Positions 1 through 8,060 of a DNA stretch of 64,000 nt are shown piece by piece; position 1 is the first letter of the stretch, and the number at the start of each line of letters is the position of its first letter. Made by a program: the position numbers and the translations under genes. The notes beneath the pieces were generated by a model. It was not told the origin of the DNA, ran no database searches, and was given only the letters and a program-made list of their open reading frames with translations. Source of the stretch: an uncultured Actinomycetes bacterium (GTDB taxonomy: Bacteria; Actinomycetota; Thermoleophilia; Gaiellales; Gaiellaceae); contig CAWBAC010000009.1 of the NCBI GenBank assembly GCA_963786755.1, positions 19,402 through 83,401 of the forward strand, in the 5' to 3' direction.

Positions 1-30
1 CTCTCCGCATGAGCTGAGCGCAGCGACACG

Positions 31-741
31 GTGGTCTTCCTTCCCGCCTGGAACGAGGAGGCAAACCTGCCCGCCGTGCTCGACGAGCTGCGCAGCGAGC
101 TTCCCGACGTCGACCTCCTCGTCGTCGACGACGGATCCACCGACCGCACGGCCGAGGTCGCGCGCGAGCACGGAGCCCGCGTGCACTCGTTCCCGCACAA
201 CCGCGGGCTGCGCGCGGCTGATCGCGGCCGGGTACGAGCATCGCCGCAGCGCGAGGGATACGCCTACTGCGGGCGCGTGGACGCGGACGGGCAGCACCCG
301 GCCGCGGAGCTCCGGCGCCTGCTCGAGCGCGTCCAAGTACCGGGACGTGCGACGTGGCCGTCGGCTCGCGGTTCGTCTCGGGAGACGGCTACGAGCCGTA
401 CCGCTACCGCCCGAGCCCGCCCGCCGCTTCGGCACAGCGCTCCTGCGGCGCTCGATGGCGCGTCCGGCTCGGGCAGCCGTTCGCGGACGCGACGAGCGGC
501 ATGTACGCGGCGAACGCGAAGGCGCTTCCGTACCTCGCCGAGCCCTACTCGGAGCGGCGCGCCCGAGGTCGAGGGCCTCATCCGCCTCGCCGAGGCGGGG
601 CTCGTCGTCGAGGAGGTTCCGGTGAACATGCGCGAGCGGGCAAGCGGCGAGTCGAAGCTGACGGGCAAGACGGCGCTCAAGCTCGTCCTCACCGTGGCGG
701 CGACGCTGCTCCTCTACCGGCGCTTCAAAGGGCGGGCGTGA
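31..741 (+). CDS. Family 2 glycosyltransferase (DPM1/GtrB-like); frame broken several times
   Basis: The frame-1 ORF gives VVFLPAWNEEANLPAVLDEL..LLVVDDGSTDRT at the N-terminus. At the C-terminus it gives PEVEGLIRLAEAGLVVEEVPVNMRERASGESKL plus a TM helix. The middle (VAVGSRFVSGDGYEPYRYRPS, FGTALLRRSMA, FADATSGMYAANAKALPYLAEPYS) reads only in the other two forward frames. Confidence 0.7.
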   Translation: MVFLPAWNEEANLPAVLDELRSELPDVDLLVVDDGSTDRTAEVAREHGARVHSFPHNRGLRAADRGRVRASPQREGYAYCGRVDADGQHPAAELRRLLERVQVPGRATWPSARGSSRETATSRTATARARPPLRHSAPAALDGASGSGSRSRTRRAACTRRTRRRFRTSPSPTRSGAPEVEGLIRLAEAGLVVEEVPVNMRERASGESKLTGKTALKLVLTVAATLLLYRRFKGRA

Positions 742-1211
742 AGCGGCTGGTCGTCGTGCTGGGCTACTCGGACGGGCGCAGCGGCGGAGCTGCACCCGAT
801 CTGCGCGGCCCGCCTCGACCGGGCTGCTCGCCTGGCGGAGCATGCCGACACGGTCGTCCTCACGGGTTGGGCCCGCCGCAGCGGGCCGCGTCCCGGAGGC
901 GGAGCTCATGCGCGCAGCGTGGCCCGGGCCCGAGCGGCCGTTCATCGTCGACACAGAGGCGCGCATCACGGCGGAGAACGCGGCGTACGTGGCCGGCCTC
1001 GTGCGCGAGCTCGGCGCCGAGGAGGTCGTCGTCGTCACCTCCTGGTGGCATCGCCTGCGCGCCGCGCTTCTCTTCCGCTCTCTGCTCGGCGACCGGCCCG
1101 TTCGCGTGGCGGTCGTCGGCGTCGAGCGCCCCTGGAGCGTCCGCCTTATCCTGCGGGAGCTCGCGGTGCTTCGCGCTCGTTCCGTTCCAGCTTCGCCGGG
1201 CGCGCAGCTAG
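738..1211 (+). CDS. DUF218 (YdcF/ElyC/SanA-like) protein; frameshifted, 3' end uncertain
   Basis: The GTG at 738 overlaps the upstream stop (GTGA). VKRLVVVLGYSDG continues after a shift near 786 as ELHPICAARLDRAARLAEHADTVVLTGW. After a second shift near 890 it reads EAELMRAAWPGPERPFIVDTEARITAENAAYVAGLVRELGAEEVVVVTSWWHRLRA. Confidence 0.55.
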   Translation: MKRLVVVLGYSDGRSGGAAPDLRGPPRPGCSPGGACRHGRPHGLGPPQRAASRRRSSCAQRGPGPSGRSSSTQRRASRRRTRRTWPASCASSAPRRSSSSPPGGIACAPRFSSALCSATGPFAWRSSASSAPGASALSCGSSRCFALVPFQLRRARS

Positions 1212-1544
1212 CCGCCGCTGCCGCCGAAGAAGCGGCGCAGGCGTGTCATGAAGTCGTCGGCGGGCACCCAACGTCCCGCCACCGGCTCCTCGTACACGGG
1301 AGCCTGCTCGAGCTCGGCCGCCGACGCCGCGACCTGGACGCGGCGGGGCCAGATGCCGGTGACCTGCTCGGCGGGAACGTAGCGGTTGGCGCCCAGCACG
1401 CTCGAGGCGGACGACGAGGCCGTTGAAGATGTCCGCGGTCGGGTCCCCGGCCACCTCGGCGACCGTGCCGACGTCCTGTCCGTCGAACGAGCGGACGACG
1501 GCGTCCCGCTCGATGGCCTTCCAGGAGACTTCGGGCTCGTTCAC
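1208..1544 (-). CDS. Small PRC-barrel/DUF2171-like protein; one frameshift near 1400
   Basis: MNEPEVSWKAIERDAVVRSFDGQDVGTVAEVAGDPTADIFNGLVV (ORF 1146..1544) joins ..LGANRYVPAEQVTGIWPRRVQVAASAAELEQAPVYEEPVAGRWVPADDFMTRLRRFFGGSGG (ORF 1208..1399). Confidence 0.5.
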
Positions 1545-1556
1545 AGGCGAGTCCTT

Positions 1557-1670
1557 GGCCTGTGAACGTGTGGAGGGTGTGTGAGGGAACCGGGAGGTTC
1601 CCTCACAGCATCAAAGAAGGGGGCACGTGGGGGAACTGGTCCCCACGGAGCGAGCCGGAGGCGAGCGACG
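1557..1670 (+). repeat. Structured intergenic repeat, copy A (two palindromic hairpins)
   Basis: It contains GTGAGGGAACC-GGGA-GGTTCCCTCAC (1581-1606) and CGTGGGG..CCCCACG (1626-1647). It aligns over its whole length with the reverse complement of 5641-5760. Confidence 0.85.
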
Positions 1671-1671
1671 T

Positions 1672-2331
1672 TCAAATCGAGCGCCCGCCCTCGACCCAGA
1701 CGGGTCCCTGCGTGGAGACGTGGTGTGTCCCGGAGAGGACGCGGAGGACGCGAACCGAGCCGGTGATCCCCTCTCGTCGAGGCGCTCGAGGCAGCGCCGG
1801 GCCATCCCGGCGGAGACTCCGTAACCCCGGCGGCTCGCGCAGCGAAAACGGAAGGTCGTGCTTCGCCCCGTAGCGGGCGGGGTTCACGGGAGCGAGCAGG
1901 AGGGCGCCGCGCTCGACGAAGTCCGTGGAGTCGAGCTCGACCTCCATGTAGAGGTCGGACCAGTCCGGCGGGAAGCGCGAGAGGAGCCGGTCCCAGGTGG
2001 CGGCCAGGCGCTCCGGCTCGGCCGCCGGCTCCGCCGCCGCGTCTTCCGCACGCGCCACGTAGTCGGCGAGGCGGATGCGTCCGCGGATGCCCTCCTCGTC
2101 CAGGCGTCGCAGCACCCGCCGGACGACCTCCGGCGATGCCAGCCCGAGCTGCGTCGCTCCGGCGACGTGGAGCGAAAACGTCCTCCCGCTCCGGCCGGGC
2201 GTGGCGGGGGCGAGGATGACCGATGCCCGGTCGGCATCACTCTCCTCCTCGACGGTGACTTCGAGGCGGGCACGCTCCCAGCCCCGAGGAAGCCCGCGCA
2301 GGATCTCGTCCGCTCGCTCGGACAGCGCCAC
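1672..2331 (-). CDS. Conserved hypothetical protein with an internal tandem domain duplication; two compensating frameshifts near 1740-1810
   Basis: The GTG start at 2331 gives VALSERADEILRGLPRGWERARLEVTVEEE... Repeat 1 is FSLHVAGATQLGLASPEVVRRVLRRLDEEGIRGRIRL. Repeat 2 is FSLREPPGYGVSAGMARRCLERLDERGITGSVRV and is only complete when ORF 1611..1805 is spliced in. The gene is divergent from pdhA. Confidence 0.6.
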   Translation of the reverse strand: MALSERADEILRGLPRGWERARLEVTVEEESDADRASVILAPATPGRSGRTFSLHVAGATQLGLASPEVVRRVLRRLDEEGIRGRIRLADYVARAEDAAAEPAAEPERLAATWDRLLSRFPPDWSDLYMEVELDSTDFVERGALLLAPVNPARYGAKHDLPFSLREPPGLRSLRRDGPALPRAPRREGITGSVRVLRVLSGTHHVSTQGPVWVEGGRSI

Positions 2332-2362
2332 GGCGCGAGTGTATGCGCTCCTTTGCAAGCGG

Positions 2363-3361
2363 GTGCTTGCTAGCGTTGTCCTCGCCGTGGCAACGCTGGA
2401 GGAGAAGGGGCAGACGGTCTCGACAGAGCGCTTGCGGGAGTTCCTGCAGGAGATGCTGCTCATCCGCCGTTTCGAGGAGAAGGTGGAGGAGCGGTTCCGC
2501 GCCGGCGAGCTGCCCGGGTTCCTCCACGTCGCCATCGGACAGGAGGCGGTTGCAGTCGGGGTTTGCCGCGCGCTCGAGGACGGCGACGTGATCGCGTCCA
2601 CGCACCGGGCGCACGGGCACACGCTCGCCAAGGGCACGCACCCGAACGAGGTCATGGCCGAGCTCTACGGCAAGGTCGAGGGCTGCAGCCACGGCTACGG
2701 AGGCTCCATGCACCTCTACGACGTCGAGCGCGGCAACCTGGGCGCGAACGCCGTCGTGGGAGGCGGGCTTCCGGCGATCGTCGGCGCTGCCCTCGCCTTC
2801 AAGCTGCGCGGCGAGCCGCGCGTGGGCGTTGCCTTCTTCGGCGACGGGGCGACGAACATCGGCACCTTCCACGAGGCGCTCAACCTCGCCCAGCTCTGGC
2901 GCGTCCCGGCTCTCTTCGTCTGCGAGAACAACAAGTACGCAGAGTCGACGCCCGCGAGGCAGCACCTGCCGATCGAGGACCTGACCAAGCGGGCCGAGGC
3001 GTTCGGGATGACGTCCATGCGCATCGACGGCCAGGACGTCGAGGAGGTCTTCGACGCGACGAAGAAGGCGCTGAAGCACATCCGGGAGGGCAAGGGTCCC
3101 GTGTTCCTGGTCGCCGAGTGCGCGCGCCTAACCGGCCACTACGTCGGCGACCCCCAGGTGTACCGCCCCAAGGAGGAGCTCCGCGAGCTGCGCCAGAGGC
3201 AGGATCCGATCGAGAACCTGCGCAAGCGGCTCGAGCTCTCCGACGAGGCGTGGGAAGAGATGGACAGCGAGGCCGTCCGGCTCGCCGAGGAGTCCGTCGA
3301 GTTCGCCAAGAACGGCACGGACCCGAAGCCCGAGGACGCCCTCAAGAACGTCTACGCCTGA
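2363..3361 (+). CDS. pdhA: 2-oxoacid (pyruvate/branched-chain type) dehydrogenase E1 alpha subunit
   Basis: The frame is intact: LREFLQEMLLIRRFEEKVEERFRAGELPGFLHVAIGQEAVAVGV..GYGGSMHLYD..FFGDGATNIGTFHEALNLAQLWRVPALFVCENNKYAEST. The start is GTG 2363, or alternatively 2387. Confidence 0.9.
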   Translation: MLASVVLAVATLEEKGQTVSTERLREFLQEMLLIRRFEEKVEERFRAGELPGFLHVAIGQEAVAVGVCRALEDGDVIASTHRAHGHTLAKGTHPNEVMAELYGKVEGCSHGYGGSMHLYDVERGNLGANAVVGGGLPAIVGAALAFKLRGEPRVGVAFFGDGATNIGTFHEALNLAQLWRVPALFVCENNKYAESTPARQHLPIEDLTKRAEAFGMTSMRIDGQDVEEVFDATKKALKHIREGKGPVFLVAECARLTGHYVGDPQVYRPKEELRELRQRQDPIENLRKRLELSDEAWEEMDSEAVRLAEESVEFAKNGTDPKPEDALKNVYA

Positions 3362-4343
3362 TGCCGGAGCTGACGTTACCGCGAGGCCGTGCGCGACGCT
3401 CATGAGCGAGGCGATGCGCCGCGACGACGACGTCTTCATCATGGGCGAGGACATCGCCGAGATGGGCGGCTCCATGGGCGTCACGCAGGGAATGCTGGAG
3501 GAGTTCGGCCCCGACCGCGTCCGCAACACGCCGATCTCGGAGATGGCGATCGTCGGCGCCGGCATCGGCGCGGCCATCGTCGGCATGCGCCCGGTCGTCG
3601 AGATCATGTACCAGGACTTCACGACGCTCGCGATGGAGCAGCTCGTGAGCCAGGCGGCCAAGCATCGCTACATGTCGGGCGGTCAGATCAAGGTTCCCCT
3701 CACCGTGCGCACGCAGGGTGGAGCCGGCTGGTCGCCGGGTGCTCAGCACGCGCAGCAGCTCGAGGCCTGGTTCGTGCACGTCCCTGGGCTGAAGGTCGTC
3801 TTCCCGTCGACCCCCGCGGACGTGCGCGGCCTCCTCTGGAGCTCGATCTACGACGACAACCCCATCCTCTTCTTCGAGCATCGCACCCTCTACGGGCTCA
3901 AGGGCGAGGTTCCCGACGAAATCGACGGCATCGAGCTGGGAAAGGCGCGGGTACACCGGGAGGGCGAGGACGTCACGGTCGTGGCCACCGGGAGGCTGGT
4001 GCACGAGGCGCTCGGCGCGGCCGAGGAGGCGGAGGGGGACGGCATCTCCGTCGAGGTCGTCGATCCGCGCACCCTGCAGCCTCTCGACGAGGAGGCGATC
4101 GTCGAGTCGGTCAAGAAGACGAACCGCTGCGTCGTCGCCCACGAGGCGGTCGTGCGCATGGGCTTCGGCGCCGAGGTGACCGCCGTCGTCCAGGAGAAGG
4201 CGTTCGACTACCTCGACGCGCCCGTCGAGCGTGTGGGCGCCAAGTTCACGCCCATTCCCTTCGCCCCGGTGATGGAGGAGTTCGTCATTCCGCACAAGGC
4301 GGACGTGCTCGCGGCGATCAAGCGGACGGTGGAGCGAGCCTAG
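3361..4343 (+). CDS. pdhB: 2-oxoacid dehydrogenase E1 beta subunit; two single-base indels in the first 45 nt
   Basis: The ATG at 3361 overlaps the pdhA stop (TGATG). MPELT(Y)REAVRDA is recoverable only by dropping one T near 3377 and one C near 3401. After that the frame is intact: MSEAMRRDDDVFIMGEDIAEMGG..NTPISEMAIVGAGIGAA.. Confidence 0.9.
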
Positions 4344-5639
4344 TGGCCGACCAGGTCACGCTCCCGCGCCTCGGGCAGGGCATGGAGTCCGGGACGATCG
4401 TCAAGTGGCTCAAGTCCGAGGGCGACCAGGTCGAGAAGGGGGAGCCGCTCTACGAGCTCGACACCGAGAAGGTCACGCAGGAGGTGGAGGCCGACGCTTC
4501 GGGAGTCCTGCTCAGGATCCTGGCCGGCGAAGGCGACGAGATCGAGGTCGGCAAGCCGATCGCCGTCATCGGCGAGGAAGGCGAGGACGTTCCCGAGGAG
4601 AAGGAGCCCGAGACCCAGGAAGAACAGCCGGAGGCCAAGGAGAAGGAGGCCGAGGTCGAGGTCGCCGAAGAAGAGGAAATGGAGGAGGGAGAGCCCGCTC
4701 CGCGGCGCGAGGAAGAGCGCGAGCGAGCTCGGGAGACCGAGGCACCTGCTCCGCGACCGGAGGTCGCGGAGCAGAGACAAGACGGCGGGCGCATGAAGGC
4801 CTCGCCGCTCGCGCGGCGAATCGCGCGCGAGCGCGGCATCGACCTCTCCGGGCTGCGCGGCACCGGCCCGGAGGGCCGCATCGTCGCCGAGGACGTCGAG
4901 CGCGCGGCGGCCGCCCCCGCGGCCGCTCCGGCCGCTGCCCCTGCCGCCGCTCTCGCGGAGGCGGAGAGCATCCCGCTCACGGGCATGCGGAAGGCGATCG
5001 CGCGCCGCATGACCGAGGCGTGGGAGGCCCCGGCCTTCCAGATCACGATGACGGCCGACATGAGCGCGGCCGTCCACTTGCGCGAGGGGCTCGTCGCGCG
5101 CACGGAGGAGGGCGCAGCCGCGGCCGACGTACTCCGACATCCTCACGAAGGTCTGCGCGGTCGCGCTGATGCGCCACCGCGCGATGAACGCCCTCTTCGC
5201 GGGGGACGAGATCCGCCTCGTCCCGACCGCGAACATCGGCATCGCCGTCGCGGTGCCCAACGGCCTGCTCGTTCCCGTGCTCAGGAGCTGCGAGACGAAG
5301 ACGATTCCCCAGATCGCCGCCGAGCGGGCCGACCTCGTCGAGCGAACGCGGGCGGGGAAGCTGCAGCAGCAGGACCTCGAGGAGGGCACGTTCACGATCT
5401 CCAACCTCGGCATGTACGGCGTCGACCGGTTCGTCGCCGTGCTCAACCCGCCCCAGGCGGGCATCCTCGCCGTCGGCGCGATCGAGGAGCGGGCGGTCGT
5501 CCGGGACGGCGAGGTCGTCGCGCGGCCGATGCTGGAGCTGACGCTCACCTGCGACCACCGCTCGGTGGACGGCGCCACCGCCTCCGACTTCCTGCGCACG
5601 GTCAAGAGCTTCCTCGAAGAGCCCGGGCTCGCGTTGTGA
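4343..5639 (+). CDS. Dihydrolipoamide acyltransferase E2 (one lipoyl domain, E/P/A linker, PSBD, catalytic domain); one frameshift near 5115-5125
   Basis: The GTG at 4343 overlaps the pdhB stop. Lipoyl domain: LGQGMESGTIVKWLKSEGDQVEKGEPLYELDTEKVTQEVEA. PSBD: ASPLARRIARERGIDLSGLRGTGPEGRIV. The catalytic part continues in ORF 5169..5639 (..TLTCDHRSVDGATASDFL). Confidence 0.9.
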
Positions 5640-5640
5640 G

Positions 5641-5760
5641 CGTCGCTCGCCTTCGGCTCGCTCCCGTGGGGGAAACCATGTTTCCCCCACGGACCCCCTT
5701 CTTCGATGCAGAGGGGGAACCTCCCGGTTCCCTCTCACCCCCTCCACATGCTCATGGGCC
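5641..5760 (-). repeat. Structured intergenic repeat, copy B (inverted relative to copy A)
   Basis: It contains GTGGGGGAAAC-CAT-GTTTCCCCCAC (5666-5690) and GAGGGGGAACC-TCCC-GGTTCCCTCTC (5711-5736). Its reverse complement aligns end to end with 1557-1670. Confidence 0.85.
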
Positions 5761-5772
5761 AAGGAGTGGCCC

Positions 5773-6100
5773 GTGAGCATCTGGTACGGCGTGCGCGACC
5801 TCGACGTCGGCGTGCTCCTTCTACCGGGATCAGCTTGGCTTCCAGGAGGTCTACGTGGACGAGGAGGGCACCTGGGCGCGGCTGGTTCGCAACGGCGTCG
5901 AGATCGCGCTCGCAGAGGGCGAGCTCGAGGACGGCGAGCTGATCGCCACCCTCGATGCGGACGACGTGAAGGCCGAAGCCGAGCGCCTCCGCGCGGCCGG
6001 GGTAGAGGTCGGCGTGGTGGTGGAGATCCCCGGCACGATCCGCCTCCTCGACGTCTTCGACCCGGACGGCAACCGGGTTCAGCTCTCCGAAGACATCTGA
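5773..6100 (+). CDS. VOC/glyoxalase-family protein; one frameshift near 5812
   Basis: VSIWYGVRDLDVG then, after the shift, SFYRDQLGFQEVYVDEEGTWARLVRNGVEIALAEGE..GTIRLLDVFDPDGNRVQLSEDI. AAGGAG lies upstream of the GTG. Confidence 0.65.
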
Positions 6101-6179
6101 TCTCGCGACGCCTGCTTGAGCCGACCCACCCCGGGTAGGATCGCTGTGAAGACAAAGACGCGAGAGAGAGGTTTCCAGC

Positions 6180-7583
6180 ATGGAATGTGACGTTGCCGTC
6201 CTCGGCGGGGGGCCGGGCGGCTACACGGCGGCCATCCGGGCTGCGCAGCTCGGCGCGAAGACGGTCTGCATCGACAAGGAGGACGAGCTCGGGGGCACGT
6301 GCCTCCGCGTCGGCTGCATCCCGACCAAGGCTTGGGTGCAGACGGCGTTCGCGCTCAGGGAGGCCGAGGAGACCTTCGCCAAGCTCGGCGTGAAGGTCGG
6401 CGAGCCGGAGCTCGACTTCTCCGCGTCCAACGACTGGAAGGCGGCCGTCGTCAAGCAGCTGACCGGGGGCGTCGCGTTTCTCTTCAAGGCCAACGGCGTC
6501 GAGTGGGTCAAGGGCACGGGAGCCTTCAAGGATGCGAACACGATCGCGGTCGAGGGCGGGGAGGACGTCTCCTTCAAGAGCGCGATCATCGCCACGGGGT
6601 CGTATCCGCTCCGCCCTCCGGTGGAGGGCATCGACTCCGAGCGCTGCGTCGACTCGACCGGCCTCCTCGCCCAGACCGAGGTGCCGAAGCGGCTCGTCAT
6701 CCTGGGCGGGGGCATCATCGGCTGCGAGTTCGCCTCCATCTTCCAGCGCTTCGGGAGCGAGGTCACCGTCGTCGAGATGCTCCCTACGCTCATCCCCCTG
6801 GAGGACGAGGATGCGGCGAAGGAGCTGCTGAAGCAGTTCAAGAAGCGCGGGATCGCGGTCCATCTCGAGTCGCAGCTCGACAAGGTCGAGGAGACGGGCG
6901 ACGGGCTCAGAGCGCATTTCGGCGGCGAGACGGTCGACTGCGACCTCCTGCTGGTCGCCACGGGCCGTGGTCCGCTCGTGGAGGGCCTCGGGCTCGAGGA
7001 GATCGGCGTCGAGTTCGACAAGCGCAAGGGGATCGCGGCGGACGAGCACCGCCGCACGACCGTCGAGCACATCTACGCGGTGGGCGACTGCGCCGGGTAC
7101 TGGCAGCTCGCGCACACTGCCTTCCGCGAGGGCGAGGTGGCCGCGGAGAACGCGCTCGGTCACGAGGCCGTGGTGGACAACCGCGGCGTTCCGCGTCCCA
7201 TCTACACCGACCCGGAGATCGCCGGCGTCGGCCTCACGGAGAAGGAAGCGCGCGAACAGTACGGGGACGACGTCCTCACGGGCGTGTTCCCCTGGTCGGC
7301 GAACGGCCGGGCCATGATGCAGAACGAGACCGTGGGTTGGGTCAAGTCGATCCACGAGTCCCGGTACGGCGAGCTGCTCGGGATCGTCATGGTCGGCCCG
7401 CACGTCACCGACCTGATCGAGGCGGGCACGGTCGCGCTGGACGCCGAGGCGACCGTGGAGACGGTCGCCGACGGCATGACCGCGCACCCGACGCTCTCGG
7501 AGGCGATCAAGGAGGCAGGCCTCCTCGCGCTCGGCCGCGCCATCCACCTGCCGAACAAGAAACGAGCGCCCGCGAGGGCCTAG
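6180..7583 (+). CDS. lpdA: Dihydrolipoamide dehydrogenase (E3)
   Basis: Intact 467 aa: DVAVLGGGPGGYTAAIRAAQLG..GGTCLRVGCIPTKAW.., plus the C-terminal interface domain HPTLSEAIKEA. Confidence 0.92.
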   Translation: MECDVAVLGGGPGGYTAAIRAAQLGAKTVCIDKEDELGGTCLRVGCIPTKAWVQTAFALREAEETFAKLGVKVGEPELDFSASNDWKAAVVKQLTGGVAFLFKANGVEWVKGTGAFKDANTIAVEGGEDVSFKSAIIATGSYPLRPPVEGIDSERCVDSTGLLAQTEVPKRLVILGGGIIGCEFASIFQRFGSEVTVVEMLPTLIPLEDEDAAKELLKQFKKRGIAVHLESQLDKVEETGDGLRAHFGGETVDCDLLLVATGRGPLVEGLGLEEIGVEFDKRKGIAADEHRRTTVEHIYAVGDCAGYWQLAHTAFREGEVAAENALGHEAVVDNRGVPRPIYTDPEIAGVGLTEKEAREQYGDDVLTGVFPWSANGRAMMQNETVGWVKSIHESRYGELLGIVMVGPHVTDLIEAGTVALDAEATVETVADGMTAHPTLSEAIKEAGLLALGRAIHLPNKKRAPARA

Positions 7584-7597
7584 GAAGGAGGAAGGAG

Positions 7598-7840
7598 ATG
7601 CCGGTGACGCCGTTCAACAAGCGGAACGCGATGATCGGCTGGCTCGTCCTGACGTTCGGGAAGCCGGTCCTCAAGCAGGGCGCGAAGTCGATGGCTGGAA
7701 AGGCCAAGCCTGGCAAGCGCCGAGGCATCATCGCTGGCTCGGCGGCAGCAGCCGCCGCCACAGTCGGCGGGCTCGCCATCTGGCGCAAGCGGCACAAGGA
7801 CGAAGAGTCCTTCAAGGACGAAGAGTCCTTCGAGAGCTGA
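7598..7840 (+). CDS. Small membrane protein with a duplicated KDEESF C-terminus
   Basis: Strong RBS GGAAGGAGGAAGGAG, then ATG 7598. There is one TM segment (GIIAGSAAAAAATVGGLAIW). An 18-bp tandem repeat at 7797-7832 encodes KDEESF twice. Confidence 0.55.
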   Translation: MPVTPFNKRNAMIGWLVLTFGKPVLKQGAKSMAGKAKPGKRRGIIAGSAAAAAATVGGLAIWRKRHKDEESFKDEESFES

Positions 7841-8060
7841 CCTGTCCTTTGCGGACCTGTCCGGGGTCTGACCCCTGACATGTCTAGTCGGGGCACGTCA
7901 TTGTCGGCGCCGACATCGCCGGATGCCAGGACCAGAGCGCTCTTCCAGAGCTGACCTGTCCTTTTGGGACATGTCAGGGGTCTGACCCCCGGACATGTCT
8001 AGTCGGGACACGGTCGTCGTCGGCGCCGGCATCGCCGGGTGCGCGGTGGCGAGGCTCCTC
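7833..8060. repeat. Two-unit tandem duplication (period 114 bp), each unit with nested palindromes
   Basis: Unit 1 (7833-7946) and unit 2 (7947-8060) align throughout. Each contains GAC(A/C)TGTC..GGGGTCTGACCCC..GACATGTC, then ATGTCTAGTCGGG and GTCGGCGCCG(A/G)CATCGCCGG. Confidence 0.85.

Noticed and set aside
5043-7547. Very long reverse-strand ORFs: 834 aa at 5043-7547, 929 aa at 56842-59631, 485 aa at 8195-9652, and the 5' extension of 18203-20281.
   Set aside because: They lie antisense to well-supported genes (E2/lpdA, ccmF, FAD oxidoreductase, Sir2). They have Arg/Gly/Pro/Asp-rich low-complexity composition typical of stop-poor shadow frames in high-GC DNA, and they carry no recognisable motifs.
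7833-8060. Palindrome-containing direct repeats, considered as a possible CRISPR array.
   Set aside because: There are only two units. They are 114 bp long and homologous along their entire length (no unique spacers), and they overlap coding sequence.
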